Positions 6,417 through 9,605 of a stretch of 9,605 bases of DNA are shown here, one piece after another (the stretch's first letter is position 1; each line of letters opens with the position of its first letter). The position numbers and the translations under genes are program-made. The stretch lies in IMG/VR virus record IMGVR_UViG_2706794696_000003. One strand, given 5' to 3'. The DNA is from a virus (taxonomy: Duplodnaviria; Heunggongvirae; Uroviricota; Caudoviricetes). Under the pieces are notes generated by a model. The model saw only the letters and a program-made list of their open reading frames with translations. It did not search any database and was not told the origin of the DNA.

Positions 6417-8146
6417 GCCGGAAATCTTACCCCAACGTAAATGCTGCAAATCAGTATGCCCGGGATGTCGTGCGCGGAAAGATTGTTGCCTGCCAGTTTG
6501 TGATTCAGGCCTGCCAGCGCCATCTTGATGACCTGATGGCGGAAAAAAGTAAGTCGTTTCGTTACCGCTTCGACAAGGACCTGGCTGAACGGGCCGCGAA
6601 ATTTATTCAGCTGTTGCCGCACACCAAGGGGGAGTGGGCATTCAAACGGATGCCCATCACGCTGGAGCCGTGGCAGCTATTTGTGATCTGCTGTGCGTTT
6701 GGCTGGGTCAATAAAGGCACCCGGTTGCGCCGCTTCCGGGAGGTGTACACCGAAATCCCCCGTAAGAACGGCAAATCAGCAATCTCTGCCGGTGTTGCCC
6801 TGTATTGTTTTGCCTGTGATAACGAGTTTGGCGCGGAAGTGTATTCCGGTGCCACGACAGAGAAACAGGCGTGGGAAGTCTTTCGCCCGGCGCGACTGAT
6901 GTGTAAACGCACACCCATGCTGACGGAAGCGTTCGGGATTGAGGTTAACGCCTCAAACATGAACCGTCCGGAGGATGGCGCGCGGTTTGAACCGCTGATC
7001 GGCAACCCAGGTGATGGTTCATCACCCCACTGTGCCGTGGTTGATGAATATCACGAGCATGCCACCGATGCGCTTTATACCACAATGCTTACCGGGATGG
7101 GGGCGCGACGTCAGCCACTGATGTGGGCCATCACCACCGCCGGGTACAACATTGAGGGGCCGTGCTACGACAAGCGGCGGGAAGTCATCGAGATGCTCAA
7201 CGGCTCGGTGCCTAACGATGAACTGTTCGGGATCATCTATACCGTTGATGAAGGTGACGACTGGACCGGCCCGCAGGTGCTGGAAAAAGCCAATCCAAAT
7301 ATTGGCGTGTCGGTTTATCGCGAATTTTTGTTAAGTCAGCAGCAGCGTGCGAAAAATAACGCCCGTCTGGCAAACGTCTTTAAAACAAAACACCTCAATA
7401 TCTGGGTGTCGGCGCGTTCGGCGTATTTCAACTTGGTGAGCTGGCAGAGCTGCGAGGATAAATCACTGACCCTTGAGCAGTTCGAGGGGCAGCCGTGCAT
7501 TCTGGCCTTTGACCTGGCGCGTAAGCTGGATATGAACAGCATGGCGCGACTTTATACCCGCGAGATTGACGGTAAAACGCATTACTACAGTGTGGCCCCG
7601 CGTTTCTGGGTACCGTATGACACGGTGTACAGCGTCGAGAAAAATGAAGATCGACGGACAGCCGAACGCTTTCAGAAATGGGTGGAAATGGGCGTTCTGA
7701 CCGTTACCGATGGTGCGGAGGTGGATTATCGCTACATCCTCGAGGAGGCCAAAGCGGCGAACAAAATCAGCCCGGTCAGTGAGTCACCCATCGACCCCTT
7801 CGGGGCGACCGGGTTGTCACATGACCTTGCTGATGAAGACCTGAATCCCGTCACTATCGTCCAGAACTTCACCAATATGTCCGATCCGATGAAAGAGCTG
7901 GAAGCAGCGATTGAATCGGGACGTTTTCATCATGACGGCAATCCCATCATGACCTGGTGTATCGGCAACGTGGTCGGCAAAAACATGCCGGGTAACGATG
8001 ATGTGGTGAAACCCGTCAAAGAGCAGGCGGAAAACAAAATCGATGGTGCAGTTGCGCTGATTATGGCGGTTGGCAGAGCCATGCTGTACGAGAAAGAAGA
8101 CACGCTGTCTGACCACATTGAGTCCTACGGGATCCGCTCGCTTTAA
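6413..8146 (+). CDS. terminase large subunit
   Basis: 577 aa. Walker A-like motif (PRKNGKS), an acidic ATPase motif (VVDEYHEH) and a C-terminal nuclease-like region; classical position after the small subunit with translational coupling. Confidence 0.95.
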   Translation: MSRKSYPNVNAANQYARDVVRGKIVACQFVIQACQRHLDDLMAEKSKSFRYRFDKDLAERAAKFIQLLPHTKGEWAFKRMPITLEPWQLFVICCAFGWVNKGTRLRRFREVYTEIPRKNGKSAISAGVALYCFACDNEFGAEVYSGATTEKQAWEVFRPARLMCKRTPMLTEAFGIEVNASNMNRPEDGARFEPLIGNPGDGSSPHCAVVDEYHEHATDALYTTMLTGMGARRQPLMWAITTAGYNIEGPCYDKRREVIEMLNGSVPNDELFGIIYTVDEGDDWTGPQVLEKANPNIGVSVYREFLLSQQQRAKNNARLANVFKTKHLNIWVSARSAYFNLVSWQSCEDKSLTLEQFEGQPCILAFDLARKLDMNSMARLYTREIDGKTHYYSVAPRFWVPYDTVYSVEKNEDRRTAERFQKWVEMGVLTVTDGAEVDYRYILEEAKAANKISPVSESPIDPFGATGLSHDLADEDLNPVTIVQNFTNMSDPMKELEAAIESGRFHHDGNPIMTWCIGNVVGKNMPGNDDVVKPVKEQAENKIDGAVALIMAVGRAMLYEKEDTLSDHIESYGIRSL

Positions 8147-8157
8147 CTGAGGTAATT

Positions 8158-8340
8158 ATGATCATGCTGATTCTCGCGCCTCTGGTGGGCGTGCTGGGTG
8201 CGCTTTTGCTGGCGTATGGTGCCTGGCTGATTTATCCCCCGGCGGGTTTTGTTGTTGCCGGGGCGCTGTGCCTGTTCTGGTCGTGGCTGGTGGCGCGATA
8301 TCTCGACCGTACACGGCAGTCTGTCGGCGGAGGTAAATAG
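8158..8340 (+). CDS. small membrane protein (60 aa, two predicted transmembrane helices)
   Basis: GAGGT at 8149-8153, 4 nt before ATG 8158. Two hydrophobic stretches ([21 protein letters not shown] and [16 protein letters not shown]) with a basic C-terminus. Its stop overlaps the predicted portal start. Confidence 0.5.
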   Translation: MIMLILAPLVGVLGALLLAYGAWLIYPPAGFVVAGALCLFWSWLVARYLDRTRQSVGGGK

Positions 8341-9496
8341 TGTTCTTTTCGGGATTATTTCAACGAAAAAGCGATGTGCCGGTGACCACGCCAGCAGAAC
8401 TGCTGATGCTATCGGGCTGTCATACGACACCTATACCGGAAAGCGGATCAGTAGCCAGCGGGCCATGCGCCTGACGGCGGTCTATTCTTGCGTCAGGGTG
8501 CTGGCAGAGTCTGTTGGTATGCTGCCCTGCAGTCTCTACAAAATCAGCGGTACCCTGAAAACACGGGCGGTGGATGAACGACTGCATAAGTTGGTTTCGG
8601 CAAAACCTAATGGCTACATGACACCGCAGGAATTCTGGGAGCTGGTTATTGTCTGCCTGTGTCTACGGGGGAATTTTTACGCCTACAAGGTAAAGGCACT
8701 GGGAGAAGTGGTGGAGCTTCTTCCGATAGATCCGGGCTGTGTGGAACCGAAGCTGAACAGCCAGTGGCAGCCGGTTTATCAGGTGACGTTTCCGGATGGT
8801 TCCGTGGATGTGTTGACCCAGAATGAAATCTGGCATGTGCGCACCCTGACGCTGGATGGACTTGTCGGGCTGAATCCCATTGCGTATGCGCGTGAGGCCA
8901 TTTCACTGGCAGCGGCAACCGAGGAGCACGGTGCCAGGTTGTTTAGTAATGGTGCGGTGACATCCGGTGTGTTGCGTACGGAACAAAAGCTCACGCCGGA
9001 TGCTTACGAGCGTCTGAAGAAAGATTTTGAGGAGTGTCACACGGGGCTTGGCAATGCTCACCGCCCGATGATTCTGGAAATGGGGCTGGACTGGAAGTCG
9101 ATGGCGCTGAACGCCGAGGACAGTCAGTTCCTGGAAACCCGCAAGTTTCAGCTGGAAGAAATCTGTCGTCTGTTCCGGGTGCCGTTGCACATGGTGCAGA
9201 ACACCGATCGCGCCACCTTCAACAATATCGAAGAGCTGGGGCTGGGATTTATCAACTATTCACTGGTGCCGTATCTGACCCGCATCGAACAGCGGATCAA
9301 CACCGGACTGGTACGAAAAAGTAAGCAGGGCGTTTATTACGCCAAATTTAACGCCGGGGCGTTACTGCGCGGGGATATGAAGTCCCGTTTTGAAGCCTAC
9401 GCCACCGGGATCAACTGGGGAATTTACTCTTCCAATGACTGCCGCGACCTGGAAGATATGAATCCGCGTCCCGGTGGTGTAATGCCGATCAGTTAA
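8340..9496 (+). CDS. portal protein (HK97 family), with an apparent -1 frame discontinuity near the 5' end
   Basis: The main ORF (frame of 8249-9496) carries the conserved portal core from about QRAMRLTAVYSCVRVLAESVGMLP. A strong ribosome-binding site (GGAGG 8329-8333) precedes GTG 8340, which opens a 44-codon frame ([26 protein letters not shown]...) ending at TGA 8472-8474. The main frame has no ATG, GTG or TTG between 8340 and ATG 8465. The span 8340-9496 is 1157 nt, not a multiple of 3. Confidence 0.8.
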
Positions 9497-9528
9497 GGAT
9501 CAGTTGACCGATCCAGTGGCTGTGTAAG

Positions 9529-9563
9529 AATCCGGAAACGCTCACTTGTTTCCGGATTTTTTT
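9529..9563 (+). terminator. strong intrinsic terminator directly after the portal gene
   Basis: Perfect 10-bp stem ATCCGGAAAC / GTTTCCGGAT with an 8-nt loop, followed by seven T (9557-9563). Confidence 0.7.
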
Positions 9564-9605
9564 ATGCACATTGGACAGGCTCTTGATCTGGTATCCCGTT
9601 ACGAT

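Noticed and set aside
8249-8339. Portal start at ATG 8249, as in the ORF track
   Set aside because: This stretch overlaps the small membrane ORF in another frame and gives a Cys/Arg/Trp-rich translation; GTG 8340 with its GGAGG ribosome-binding site is the more plausible start even though it implies a frameshift.
5700-8430. Minus-strand ORFs overlapping HNH, terminase and portal genes (for example 5700-6104, 6182-6622, 6607-7005, 7817-8116, 8143-8430)
   Set aside because: Antisense shadow ORFs in GC-rich coding sequence; translations are Arg/Ser/Cys-rich and match no recognisable family.

Overview
This window is a contiguous piece of a lambdoid (mosaic P22 / phage 21 / HK97-like) enterobacterial prophage, all on the + strand, running from the replication module through the early-late switch and lysis cassette into the head-packaging module. 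Gene order: DnaB-type helicase, a small helical ORF, RusA resolvase, Q antiterminator, a PR'-like late promoter with hairpin-U terminator, a self-contained cargo gene (ORF6N domain) with its own promoter and terminator, a four-tRNA array (Ile-CAT, Arg-TCT, Thr-TGT, Gly-TCC), an 80-nt N-run inside the holin gene, SAR endolysin, Rz with embedded Rz1, HNH endonuclease, a G-rich candidate cos region, terminase small and large subunits, a 60-aa two-helix membrane ORF, and an HK97-family portal gene. No CRISPR array, rRNA, transposase or Shiga-toxin-like ORFs are visible. The most interesting items are the cargo gene sitting where Stx phages carry stx, the tRNA array, an apparent frameshift near the 5' end of the portal gene, and the small membrane ORF between terminase and portal. 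All protein-family calls rest on motif recognition and recalled homologues, not on database searches.
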